Source: the human T2T-CHM13v2.0 reference genome, Homo sapiens | Strand: one strand, 5' to 3' | Assembly: GCF_009914755.1 (NCBI RefSeq) | Contig: NC_060929.1 | DNA length: 64,000 nucleotides | Shown: piece by piece, positions 41,243 through 54,661 of the stretch | Layout of the letters: each line of letters starts with the position of its first letter | How positions within the stretch are numbered: the first letter of the stretch is position 1 | Made by a program: the position numbers and the translations under genes | Notes under the pieces: generated by a model | Databases searched by the model: none | Told to the model about the DNA's origin: nothing | What the model saw: the letters and a program-made list of their open reading frames with translations, nothing else

Positions 41243-43994
41243 ACTGCTAATGGCTTAATGCCCCAAGCCTCTAAGGACTTACATTTTGACAAAAGGTAAG
41301 CCAATTAAGGAACTCTTCCCAAAGAAGTGATTTTCAGTGCCACCAATATTGAGAGGAGTGAAGATTTCAGGAGTTGGGGACATTGTGTCTTCTCCAGATT
41401 CCCTCCAATCACACCAGGGACTCCTGGAAGCAGAATGGAGGGATAATGAAGTTTTCCATACGGAGTCCTGGACAGCCTTTAAGTGAATTAAGAGCATAGC
41501 GTATAAGAAAGGAAGGACAAATTGCATTCTTTGCATGTACACTGAAGGCTGATCCTGAAAACACCTTATGATGCTTTCTCCCCACCACATATTCAGATTT
41601 ATTCTACTCTGAATTACTACATGGATTTTCCCATTCATAAGGTAAAAAGATAAAGAGATACCCTCTCCCTTCCACTCAAGAATGGTTGAGAATGGGAAGA
41701 ATTTTCTTAGAGAAAAATTCCAACTCTTCCAATTGTTGGAAGAATTTTGTTCAGCGAAAATGGTATAAAGGAAGAAAAAAATTAACCTCAAAGCCAGTAA
41801 GGGAAAGTATGAAAATGATAAGTTTGGGTCAAATATCTGTTACAACCCATGATTCTTTCTAATTCATGGGGTTTTTTTCTAAGTCCAATATCAGACTGTG
41901 GTTCTTATCTAGGGGAGACATCCTTTGGTACTTGTTCTTTAGAACTGTGCTTATCAACACTTTTCTCGAGTAGCATGGACCTGTGTTCTTATTTAGGCAC
42001 AAATGGGATGCTTGTTCCCACATACGGTCCTGCACAGAAGTTCCTGCCCTTGCCCTAAGGCCTGGCCCAATGCATATGGAGACTAACTGGTAACACACCT
42101 ATGATCTGACTATCAAAGTCTTAGTCACGCCACCAGATAGCAACTTCCTTGCTTCATAAGCTTTAGCATGTCTTCCTTCACAGAAACAAGACAACATTTA
42201 CAGGGAAATTCCAAATGTAGGTGATCCATTAACTCACTTAAAAACAGTCTCTTATTTCCAGGGCAATGGAAAGAGATTATTTTCTTCCAGTCTAAATATA
42301 GGCACAAATGAGAACTGAAACCACAGGGCTGATAACAATACTGTGGTTGATTCTTTTAAAGTCACTATCAGCAGGAAGAGCCAATGGGAGTGTTCAGTGA
42401 GGGAGTGGGGGTGGGAGAGGGTCAGAGAGACAAGGAAGCAGCCAGGTGCCAAAGTCGAAAGCATCATTTGACTTTAATCCTGTTCTAGAAACTCTGGTTG
42501 ACATCTAAGTAAAGTCTGTTTTTATTTTGGAAGAAAATCACTCTTGTTTATTTGGGAAAATATTTTTATAAATTAGTTAAGTCAAACAATTTCTGAGTAA
42601 TCCTAAAATTTGAGGTACTTGAGTGGCTTATGAGACTATACAAGTGAAGAGTGTATTAAAATAGAGATCTAAATACTAGACTTAGGAGCAACCAAGTCCT
42701 ATTAATTGAAAAGACTGCTAGATTGGGGTAGGGTGGGGAGGGGCTTTCTAGTATCCTGAAACTGGGAAAAAAATCAGGGAAAAGAAGATAAAAATATCTT
42801 CTGTATCAAAAACAGAGCCCAAGGCTATGAACTAGACCCACTCTTCACCATTTGTCCTGGTGAGACAGTCAAATTGGCGTGGCTCTGAGCAAGGTGGCTG
42901 GTCCGTGCTGCCTAAATATGGCTACAAAGGCATAACCTGAAACACCAGATGGGAATGTTCAGATGCAACCCAGGGATGATCACAGGCTGGGTGATCTTAT
43001 AGACTAGAGCGTCCCACGGAGCCCTAGAGTGGGGACGAGATGGGAATCTGAACACAAACTCTGCCACTCACTAGCAGTGACACCTAAGACAATCACTCCA
43101 TTGTTCTAGACTTCATTTTCTTTGCTTTCAAAGTAGGACTGAAAGCATATGATTTGGGAGGGTCCTGAGGTTCTGACTATAGTCAGACAGGTCCACATAT
43201 GGAAGGGCATTTAATGCTTGGGTATGTATGTTTGCACTATTAGACTGCTGGGTTGAGATGTTGTAGAAAACATCAGAATGCTAGTTGGGAGCTATTGTTA
43301 TTGTGATTCCAGTTACCATAAATCCTTCTTGACTCCCCAATGGGTATAAATACATAATAATTATGACTATTACCCATAAGGCCTCAGTCAACATTAGGGG
43401 TGTTAAATTAGCTGAGTTGTTGGACCAGAACACCTCTGAGGCCCTTTTTAACCAAGGATGTCTCATGATCCCAAGATTCTTTTTGGACAAACTTTAAACA
43501 AGTTAAGATCAGGGTCTTTAGGAAAAAGTTATCTGTCTTTGCTTCTCTTTCATATCCTTCTTTCCTTGTTTTAGAAAATTAGATTCTTTTGGGGATTGGT
43601 ATGGGGCAAGAGGAAAAATGAGGAGTCTAGGCAGAGTTTTTGTGATGAGGCCAAGATCTCCTAATTCCATGGAAGAAAGTGAGATGGCTTGTTTAATGTG
43701 GAAAGGACTGAAGTTGTGGATTCAAGGATCAAGGATATATTTTTCCCCTGGACTGTTTCTAGGCTGGAGGAGCTGCACAGGATTCACAATTGAGGCTACA
43801 AGATAATCTGCTACAAAACTTTTATTTTCCCACCATCCCAAGCACACCACCCACCTCAAGGCAGGAGCCCAGATGAAGCATATGATATTAATTCTCAAGG
43901 GTTAAAACACTTTTCAGTATTGAAATTTGGGAAGCTTGAATACTTGAAGGTCACATACTTTGTTGGTGGCAAAATGAGCTCTAGATCTCATCTT

Positions 43995-44375
43995 GTTATT
44001 AGTCTGCTAGGGCTGCCACAGCAAAATACCACAGAGTAGGCAGCTTACACAAGAGATTACTTTTCACATAGTTGTGGAGGCTAGAAGTCCAAGATCAAGG
44101 TGTCGGCAGGGCTGGTTTCTGGTGAGGCTTTCTCCTTGGCTTGCAAATGCCCGCCTTATTGCTGTGTTCTCACCTGGTCTTTCCTCTGCATGCATGCCCT
44201 AATGAGGCTTCTTCCCCTTCGATAAGGAATTCAGTTCTTTTGAAGAACAGTGCCATCCTTATCACCTCATTCAAGCTTAATTACCTCCTTAAAGACCCTG
44301 TCTCTAAATAGAGTCTGACTAGGGGTTAGGGCCTCAACATATGAAATTTGGTGAGACATAATTCGGGCCATAACA
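43995..44375 (-). mobile_element. MLT1A0-type MaLR solo LTR
   Basis: tattagtctgctagggctgcc...ggaggctagaagtccaagatcaaggtgtcggcaggg...ggcccataaca. Confidence 0.85.
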
Positions 44376-44545
44376 CTCCCTAACTCCCCATCTAATGTTC
44401 TCTCCACAGCAACACACTACACACCAACAGCAATGTGTGTGCAATGGGTGGTAGGAGAATACTAATTTCATTATTAAGTTGTGAAAAATCAGTGTTTTTA
44501 GAGAGATTCCAAATAATTATGGCACTCTTGGGTATTCACAGGTAT

Positions 44546-45147
<602 letters not shown>

Positions 45148-45425
45148 TCAAGGATGCCTTGAGGGGTCATCTTTTGATATCAACCAGAATTTACAGACTT
45201 CAGTATTTCTACTAGGTGCTTTAGCCTGGATGAGAGGCTAAGACAGGAAATTTTGCTATTTTATTTAATATTTTTAAAACTGTCATGAGAAAACAGGATT
45301 GGATGACAGATGGCAAGTATGTGACATATGTGACATCATTTTATCTTCTACCAGTGGCAGACATTACTTAACAATCATGGCATTCACTGAACAGAGCTTC
45401 AGAATACATTCAGTGCAGTGCCTCA

Positions 45426-45865
<440 letters not shown>

Positions 45866-47032
45866 TTAACATTTTTCTGGTGGGGACAATGAGGCACAGG
45901 CGCCCAGCAAAGAAGTGGAAGAACTTGGATTTGAACTCAGGCCATCTGGCTCCAGAGCTGTGATCATTGTCATTCTGCTATACTGCTCTCTCTCACTCTA
46001 GGGGCAGTACTAGAGTTAATGGGGGGATATTGCAAAGAGTCAACTTGGGTCAAAAAAAGAAAATAACTTTTTTTTTTACAGTAGGATGGTTCCAATAATT
46101 GAATTGATAGTCACTTGTAATATTCATCTCCCTATCACTAGAGACACCAAGCAGAGTTGTAGAGCTATCTGTTAGGGTTGTGGTGCAATTAGTTTCTGAA
46201 CTGGATAAAGAATGGAGTGAGTTGGGTTATAGCACTTCAACTTCCATTTGGCTCTAAAAGTCAAGGATTCCTTGACTTAAGCAGTGCGAGCAAAACTAGA
46301 AGGAACCACAAGTGACATCCTTCCTGATTCCTTTTTACCATATCCTTTACCCCCCAGCATTGTCGAGCAGAAAGAATGCCCAAAATTTGAATAAATCACA
46401 CTGCATTTCAAAAATAGACACTCACTAGATGCCATATAAAACTCACACAGCCCCAGAATACAAACAGTAGTTGTGAAAAACTAAACTGAATTCTATCAAA
46501 CCATTGTTCCTTCATTAGTCTGAGCAGTCTTATTCCTCTTCTTATCACACTTTTCTGGGAAAGGGGACAAGTTACAGCAACAATAAAAGTTAGGTAAGTT
46601 TGTTAGTTGTCAATGAAGTTGACAATGTCTTCAAATATTAACTCTCTCTTTATCGTGCCTCAAGAATGGCATGCTTTGCAAGGCAAGCATCCTTCTCTGG
46701 AATGTGACCTTGGCCCTTCCAAGGAGCAGCAAAGAAAAATGCCATCCCTATGAGGTTACCATTTACTGATGGGAAAGAAAATTAATGGCGGTTGCCAAAT
46801 CATTGCAGATGAAACTCACATATGTCAAATACTGAGGAATCTTCTAATACATTATGTGTCATTCCTTCCAAGATTTTTATCCAAACAGCTCTTCTACACT
46901 TCTGAAAGTCTGTAGTGTTACACTGTGAGCCAAGTGTGAATGGCCTGTGTCACTTGTACACAGCTCCTGTGACCTCCTGTTTCAAGACAGAGTTTGACCC
47001 TTTCCTTGGACCAGCTCCAACCCAGACTGTAG

Positions 47033-47344
<312 letters not shown>

Positions 47345-49539
47345 CTTACTTCCTAAAACTTAAAGAACAAAACTCACAGAGGAGTCCCTTCTGATTGACT
47401 GGTATACTTCAGAGGACCCACCCCTAGGATCAGCTTGAGTCCAAACTCCACTACTGAACCAACACATGGCACCTTGGGTGAGTCACTTAAGGCCTCCACT
47501 TTCTGTCACTTATTTTCTGATACCTGGAATAGAGATAGTGACCTTTGGTCTTGACTAAATCACAAACAAAAAAAGTGAAGATAAAAGAAAACTCAGTAAT
47601 ATATAAAGACTGGTTAGAAACACAGGCGTAACAGAGACACAAGGACAGTAGAGTACCCTTTCAGTGATTCACTTACAGAGGTAGTTCTGGAGAGTCCACA
47701 GGGGGTGTAGTTATAACCAGCAGGTGCTAGTGTTTATACAGGACGGATCAAAATCTGTCCTCAGGATTTAAATATACTAGACTATTGAAACTGGATACCT
47801 AATTCCAGGTTTGAGTAATTATGAAAAAGTAGATGTATAGTTGCAGTGGGGGAAAAAGGTTTATGTTTCCATTTAATAGTTTTCCAAATGTATGTTCTGA
47901 GAAAGACTTAACAAATGGGTTTATAAGGATCAAGCAGTCTGCTACTAGACCAATGTAAACCTAAACAACTAAATAGAAAAAAAATGTTGTTTTGAAAGTT
48001 GGGTTTTAGATTTTAAGGAGATTTGGAGGGAATAATAGGAAAGATTGTTAGATAAACTTGTTTACTGCTTAAGAAAAAATAGTCATAAGTTAATACATGA
48101 TGATAGAAATAAAGGAAGAAGAATGACAGCTAACATTTCTGAATACTTACATTCTATGTATTTACATCCTGGCTACTTACATTCTTTCCCTATTCTAAGC
48201 ACTTTTCACGTATTAACTCATGTCCTCATAGCAACCTTCTAATCTAAGTATTATAACATTATTATCCTCATTTTACAGATAAGTAAACTGAGGTAGTAAT
48301 CATCCTCTTCTCACTCTTCTCAGCAATCAAACTTCATACTTAAGACCAGCCTGTGAGGTGTGCATTACACATCCTCTATGTGGTTGGTTAATGAAACTGA
48401 GATTCAGCCATGTTCAGGTCATACAGTTGGCAACATCAGAATGTGACCCTGATCTCCTAACTTGAAGAACTTTCTCTCCTGAATTGGGATGCCATCCAGT
48501 TAAGCCATAATAATGTGCTAGAAGTCCTTGTCTAAAGACTTTCTGAAATTAGATGTCCTCTAATGCATCGTTTAGTGTCTTGGTCCCACACTTGTCTTAG
48601 CAGGTCAGCTACATCTGGAAGTGTGTTCAGTCCTGGGTCCTGCTCCAAGCAGGATTTCAGGGCCAGGGCATGGCGCTGGGCGAAAGGTCACTTCCCTTTT
48701 GAGATTCTCTGACACTCTGCCCTTTCTTTTTAAGTATCCGGGCACCACTGGGCCTTGAATTGTCCAGGCTACTATCCAGTTATTTCTTAAGGATAACTTT
48801 GGCCATCCAAAATAAATCCCAAAAAAGTGACCAGTTAAAATAGTATATTGACAAATTACTACCATGGGTAATATGCATTTTTCTTTTTTTTTTTTTTTCC
48901 TCACATATTTTGCTAACTGAGAAAAGGTTGGCACCCCTTGTCTGGTTCTCTGGTCCAATCTATTTGTGTTTCCAAGTTTTGTACTATTAGACTAATAAAA
49001 AAATAATGCTCAGAGACTTGTCAGACTTCTTCCTGTATTGAAGCTGACCACTGCACACCCCTGAGACAGTCCCTATGACCGGGTGTTCACCTTGAGGTCA
49101 TACAGTGCATGGGAACAGTTACATAAAAGCCAAAAGAGGGGCTCAGCATGAGGTCAGGAAGCAGCCACAGGCAGCAATGATCAGCTCTTGCAGTTGTATT
49201 CCTGCAGCTCACATGCTCTGCATTTGGGCTGACTTACTCAAAGTTCACCCAAGTAAGCCATTGGATTGATCATGAAATCAGGATTAATTCCCCTGCATGG
49301 GGCCTCTGGCCTCTTTCCATCAACATTTTTAGAAGGGTAAAATTTTATGTGTTTTTTAAACTAATTTTTTCTAGTCTTTTCCTTTCATTCATCTGTACTA
49401 TTGCTTGATTGTAACCATAGTGCATATACAATGGTTTAATCCTGCTTTTTATTTACTTAGTGGCTTATCATGGGCTTTTTTGTTATAGTTGTTTTCTACG
49501 TAGCCTTCATAGTGACTGTTATTATTTGGCTCATGAGGC

Positions 49540-50015
49540 AGCCATTTCTACTCCCCTGCTCCCTTGCTTGTCTTCCATTATAGATTAAAACAAAAACCCC
49601 AGTGTTTCTAAACACCCTGGTGCCAGGAGTACTCATGTACTAAAAGGCCAAGGAAACATGAAGAGACGTCTACTGAGATACTTTAGAGAAGGATTTTATT
49701 TTCCAGATAAAAGGGACAGACATAAAAGAAGGAGAGGTGCTGAAATCACTTTTCTTTTCTTTTCTTTTCTTTGTGCCTTGAATTGGGTCATCATGCCTGG
49801 AGTTTCAGCAGCCATATTGCAGTCATGAGGAGATAGGTGTGCAGACCAAACGCCAAGATGCTAAGAATGGCAGATGTAAATGTTAGAAAGTGTTTAGACC
49901 AACCCCAGGACCTCTCACTTCTGGACTTTTTGTTTTGCAAATAAGAAATGTCCTTAGGGTATAAGCCTCGGTTAGTCAAGTATTCTGTTTCTTACAACAA
50001 AAAGCTTTCCTAACT
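49540..50015 (+). mobile_element. MLT1-type MaLR LTR
   Basis: tgcctggagtttcagcagccatattgcagtcatgagg...ctggactttttgttttgcaaataagaaat...tattctgtttcttacaac. Confidence 0.65.
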
Positions 50016-51173
50016 GTTGGGGTCTTTGCAATCGTCATTTTAACTTTGTTCAAATATGCCTAGATCCTGCAAACCTTGGCAATAGCAGGCAGTTTGTGGA
50101 AGTATTTCATGGAACCTTCAGGTAGCTTTGGGGAGTGACCAGGGTGTAAGAAAGTTTGCTTGATGGCACAGGTTGCGACTAGTCTAACTTTGTCCCCTTG
50201 CCTTTATTTCCTGGAAGCTGCCTCGTGGCTCAAGGCAGAGGCCTGGTCTATTATTTACATTTTTCATGCCCCAAGAGTGTCTCTGAGAGATTCCCTAGGT
50301 ATCTGACATACTCACATGAGGCTGACAAAGCATTAGGCTGAATTGTTAAAATTAAGCCAGGAGCTGGAAACCAGGCTGATTATCTGTAAAATTTAGAGGG
50401 TCTTGGGTAACTTGTCTTCTTTCCTTCCAACTTCTTTCCTCCAGTTTCCCCTTCTCCTAACTGCCTGTGTCTCAGCGCATCTACTCTTTTAAGGCCTCTT
50501 CAAGTTCTGAACCTTTCCCTGCCCCCCTTGCTCATTCTGCATCCCTTTTGCTCTCTTAACCAGCAGTCACCAAGGAAAAAACAGCCTTTCCCAGGATGGC
50601 TTCTTGGGCCTCTTGGGCCCACGTGCTGAAAGAGTATAAATCCCAAGGTCCAATAAGTTAGAGAAGTGTTGCCTGCTGAATGCGTCTTCTAGGAAATTCA
50701 CTTTGTTTATCAGGATAGAGAAATTGTTTGAATCTCAATCAAGCCACTATTTCCCAAACATATAAGACTTCCAATCCTTTATTCCATGTTAATATTCTGT
50801 ATATGCAGGTTCTACCCATCATTTGGGGGGAATATTGTGCTGAAGACACTCTGAAGTGACTGGTCGTAGCCACAACTCCAAATTCTCTAATTTTGCACAC
50901 ATTTCCCCAATCCTGTAGGCTAACCCCAAATTCTTTAGTCTGGCTTTTTAAGGTCCTCCACAATATCTACAATCTAGTTTGGAAGCCTCATTTCCCATTA
51001 TTCTTCTATATGAACTTTCTGCTTCAACAAAACTCTCCTATTCCTTGTTCCCTAAATAGTCTCTGTCCGTTTCTGCCTCCCTATTTGCATACATATTCTT
51101 TGGGGGGAGGGGCTTCTGAAATTTCATAAAGACGAGGAGAAGTGTCAGAAGTTCTTAATTAGTAATTTAATAT

Positions 51174-51740
51174 TGTATCTTTTGGGATGCTTTGTTGCAA
51201 GCCACAGAAATAGGCTCTACTTAATTTAGGAAGAAGAATTTATTGAAAGGACACTGGGAAACTCAAAGAATTCCTAGAGTATCCAGAGAAAAAGGCTTGA
51301 AGACTGTGCAGCCAGGAACAACACTGTAAATTCCACTGCAGGATTCATTCATTGAGGACACCATAGCAGCCATACTGCACCTGGACACTGCAGCTCACAC
51401 CATCTGCACCATCAGCAAGTGTTCTTGGATGCCGATGCTAGAACCACTGGCCCTGCTGCCTCTGGGAACTGGATGTAGCTGTCATTGTGTCTTAAATCTG
51501 CCAGAATGGATTTGGCATGTTCCTTTCTTTTTGTCACTAGCAGATTCAAAGACCATCTGATTGGTGGAATCTTGATCACGTGTCCATATCTAGTGGCAAG
51601 GGAGACTGGGAAGTCCAGTGTCTGGAATTTCAGCTTCTACAGGAGGAGCTGAGCTCTATCTCATAAGAGGATTTCCTAAAGAGAGGAAGAAGTTTCAGAT
51701 GATGAGTGGTCAAAAAGAATGACAATTGTCTATATTGTTA
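51174..51740 (-). mobile_element. Old MLT1-type MaLR LTR carrying the C5orf67-like terminal exon
   Basis: ttgcaagccacagaaataggctctacttaatttaggaagaagaatttattgaaagg and catctgattggtggaatcttgatcacgtg are typical old MLT1 motifs. Confidence 0.6.
51661..51675 (-). CDS. C5orf67: Coding part of the putative terminal exon (EILL*) of C5orf67; coding status doubtful
   Basis: Minus-strand acceptor cttcttcctctctttag|GAAATCCTCTTATGA, in frame with the upstream exon; matches the recalled C5orf67 C-terminus; AATAAA downstream at 51239-51244. Confidence 0.7.
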   Translation of the reverse strand, partial: EILL

Positions 51741-52142
51741 TGTCATGGATTATTGAGAAACACAAGAGAAAGAAAGACTTTTTTAATACCCCCAAAGGAG
51801 TTTACAGTTTAGCTAAGTAGACAAGATAAACAGATGAGATTATTTAAAAATAAGATAACATATAATAATGTAATAAATAAGACTGCTTAATTAAAAGATA
51901 CTAACATTATGCTGAACATAATCAACAGAGTTAGAGAAAGTATATTTACATGTTACAGCTCCAAGCCATTGCTTTTCCAACAGATGTTTTTCTAGGGCAA
52001 AATGTATGTAAACAAGCCCTGTTTGCACCTAGAATATTTCCACACATCCACCCAGCTTCATTTTCCAAGCTTATTTGCACGAAGGCAAGCTCCTTGATTG
52101 CCCAAAAGATGCACGGTGCTCAGGACTGAGCCATGTGTAATT

Positions 52143-52145
52143 AAA

Positions 52146-52196
<51 letters not shown>
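52143..52196. repeat. (A)n(TA)n compound microsatellite
   Basis: Poly-A run followed by a pure TA run. Confidence 0.92.
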
Positions 52197-52198
<2 letters not shown>

Positions 52199-53299
52199 CA
52201 GATATTAAGTCTGAAGAATCAGAAACAATGGCATGAACATGGTAATGGGTATAGGTTTTGACCTGGAGTCAGAGGGAAAGAGAATGAGCCTGGAGTTCTG
52301 GGAAATCCGTCATCACTCTTCTGCATTGTGTGGTCACTTCTGTCCCTAGGGAAGGGCAGTGCTAAGCTGCGCCGGGGTAAAGGCCTATGCAGAGCCAAGA
52401 GTTGAGTGCTTTTCCTATGCTGTGTCAAGGTCACTGTTGCACAGGGCATTTGGGAGCTCCGCTCCTGCAGTCAGCCAATGGCCACTCAGGATTAACAGTG
52501 AATGCTGTGTGGGCAGAGCTGGAAAAAAATGGGTCACTTGGCTGGTTATGGGATATAGAAGGCCAGCAGTCAGGGCCTCCACCCATAACAGCCATCCAGT
52601 CCCAGGGCCCTGCTGCTCCTCCACCTTTCTCTTTCACGCCATGCAGCTCTCTGCATCACATTCTCCACCTTTCTAGGTGTCAATGTGGCCTCCAGAAAGA
52701 GGGTGAAAGTGAAAACAAAACTAGGGGGAAGAAATTAGGTGACAGCTTCACTCCTCCAAGAAGGAAAGGGATTGTGCAATATGGTAGAAAGAAAACTGAT
52801 TCAATAGCTTTCTCTAGCTATTATCTGGGCGATCTTTGGCAAGTGATTCTCCCTTCAAATCATCATCAGTAAAATGGGATGATATGAGACAACTCGTGTG
52901 AAATTATAGCATTCTAAAAAGAACAACTACCTACAACTAGGTTAGTTCAAAAACTATCTTCAGTCCTAAGTGATACTTAGGAGTGATTGCAGCTCAAGCT
53001 GCTGGTGAGGGACAGCCGATAATCTTCTGCTGTGGCTCTTGGCTTTGTTTGCATCCAAGAAGGTTCTTAAAGAAAAACTCTTCTATGTTAAGATTGGTTG
53101 GTGTAATCAGAGCACAGGCATCAAGAGGAGCTCTCATCCAGCCTGGTCATCCACCCCACCTGCTTGGATTCTCTTTTCCATATCATGTGTGCATGCATGC
53201 ACACACACACAGACACACACATGCTCACACTCACATCCACACACCCCTGAGGAATGCATAAAGTGTAATAATGAAGTAATGACTAATGCCTAACAAGGG

Positions 53300-53560
53300 C
53301 AGTATGTAAAATGTTGTGCCAGTAGTGGACCTAGACTCCCAGGTTTGGAAATCCTGACTCTGCAGTTTGCTTGCTGTATGACCTTTGACACATTCCTCAA
53401 CCTCTCAGTCCCTCAGTTTCCACATCTACAAAATAGGATAATAATAGTACCTACCACATAGGATGTTGTGAGGACTACCTGGGTTGATACACGTAAAGCA
53501 CTTAAGGTAGGACCCAGCATGCAGTCATTACTCAATAACATTAGCTGTTATAATTTTTAG
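53300..53560 (+). mobile_element. MIR
   Basis: cctcagtttccacatctacaaaataggataataatagtacctacc. Confidence 0.8.
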
Positions 53561-53683
53561 TATTATTTTCATACATCTAACTGAGTGCAGTTGTATTCAA
53601 AGCATGGGTAAGAAGAGGAAAAATGGATTGTACACGTTTTGTGTGCTGTGTCTTCTATATACATGACTTTATTGAATCCTTAC

Positions 53684-53847
53684 CTTAACCTGAAGCTCAG
53701 GGCTATTATTATTCTGAGGCTGATGTCCAGACAGGTAACACGTCCAAGGGCTGGAAAACGGGGAGCTGACATTCAAACCCGGGTGCTCCTGGCCCTGTGC
53801 TCCCAGAATGCCATGCTTTCCCTTCTCTGGGACACTGCCACCATCAC
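53684..53847 (-). CDS. C5orf67: Putative internal exon of C5orf67 (uncharacterised; coding status doubtful)
   Basis: Acceptor gatttcag|GTGATG and donor GTTAAG|gtaagg; 164 nt encoding (G)DGGSVPEKGKHGILGAQGQEHPGLNVSSPFSSPWTCYLSGHQPQNNNSPELQVK, which I recall from the C5orf67 predicted protein; overlaps a diverged MIR-like sequence. Confidence 0.72.
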
Positions 53848-54239
53848 CTGAAATCATCAAAATTCTTCTTTGGGAATTTCCTTCAGAACTTGATGACTGT
53901 GTTTAGAATTTCCTCAGCACTGGCAAATCTTCTTTTGAAAAATACATTGTTAGCATTTTTAAAAAGTCATTTATTGTCAAGATGAATAACTCAATAGGGT
54001 AATACTGTTTGGGGCTAAAATTAAGGTATGATTAATGTTTTTAAGTGGCTGGTTAACCAGTTCTGTAAACAATTCCAAGAGTAAAAGTTCTGAAATATTT
54101 TTGAAAAACTCAATATCCCAGGAAAACTGCACTTCCCAGCCCTCTTTTGGCTATGTTGGCTCTGACATGCTTCTGTAGATGGGTTTTTAACAGCTTGGTT
54201 GTTCCTTGAATATGTAAAAGAACATAGATTAAGACTGTT

Positions 54240-54661
54240 TGCTATGGTTTGGATACTTGACCTCTCCACACCACATATTGAAATTTGATCTCCAATGTGA
54301 GAGGCGGGGCAAAAGGAGGGCATTTGGGTCAGGAAGACAGATCACTCAGGAGGAGATTAATGCCCTCCCTTGGAGGTAAGTGAGTTCTCGGTCTATTAGT
54401 TCCTAGCTAGAACTGGTTGTTAGAAAAATCCTGGCACCTTCCCCTGTCTCTGGCTTCCTGTCTCACCCCGTGATCTCTGTACACACTGGCTCCCCTTCCC
54501 CTTCCCCCATGAGTGGAAGCAGCCTGAGGCCTTCACCAAAAGCGGGTGCTGGTGCCATGCTTTTTGTGCACCCTGCAGAACCATGAGCCAATTAGCCTCT
54601 TTTCTTTATAAATTCCCCAGCCTCCGGTATTCCTTTACAGCAACACAAATGAACGGAGACA
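54240..54661 (+). mobile_element. MST-type (MSTB-like) MaLR solo LTR
   Basis: tgctatggtttggata...ttgaaatttgatctccaatg...tattcctttacagcaacacaaatgaacggagaca. Confidence 0.85.

Noticed and set aside
41279-41791. 170-aa minus-strand ORF
   Set aside because: Non-ATG start, no recognisable homology or exon structure; compatible with chance
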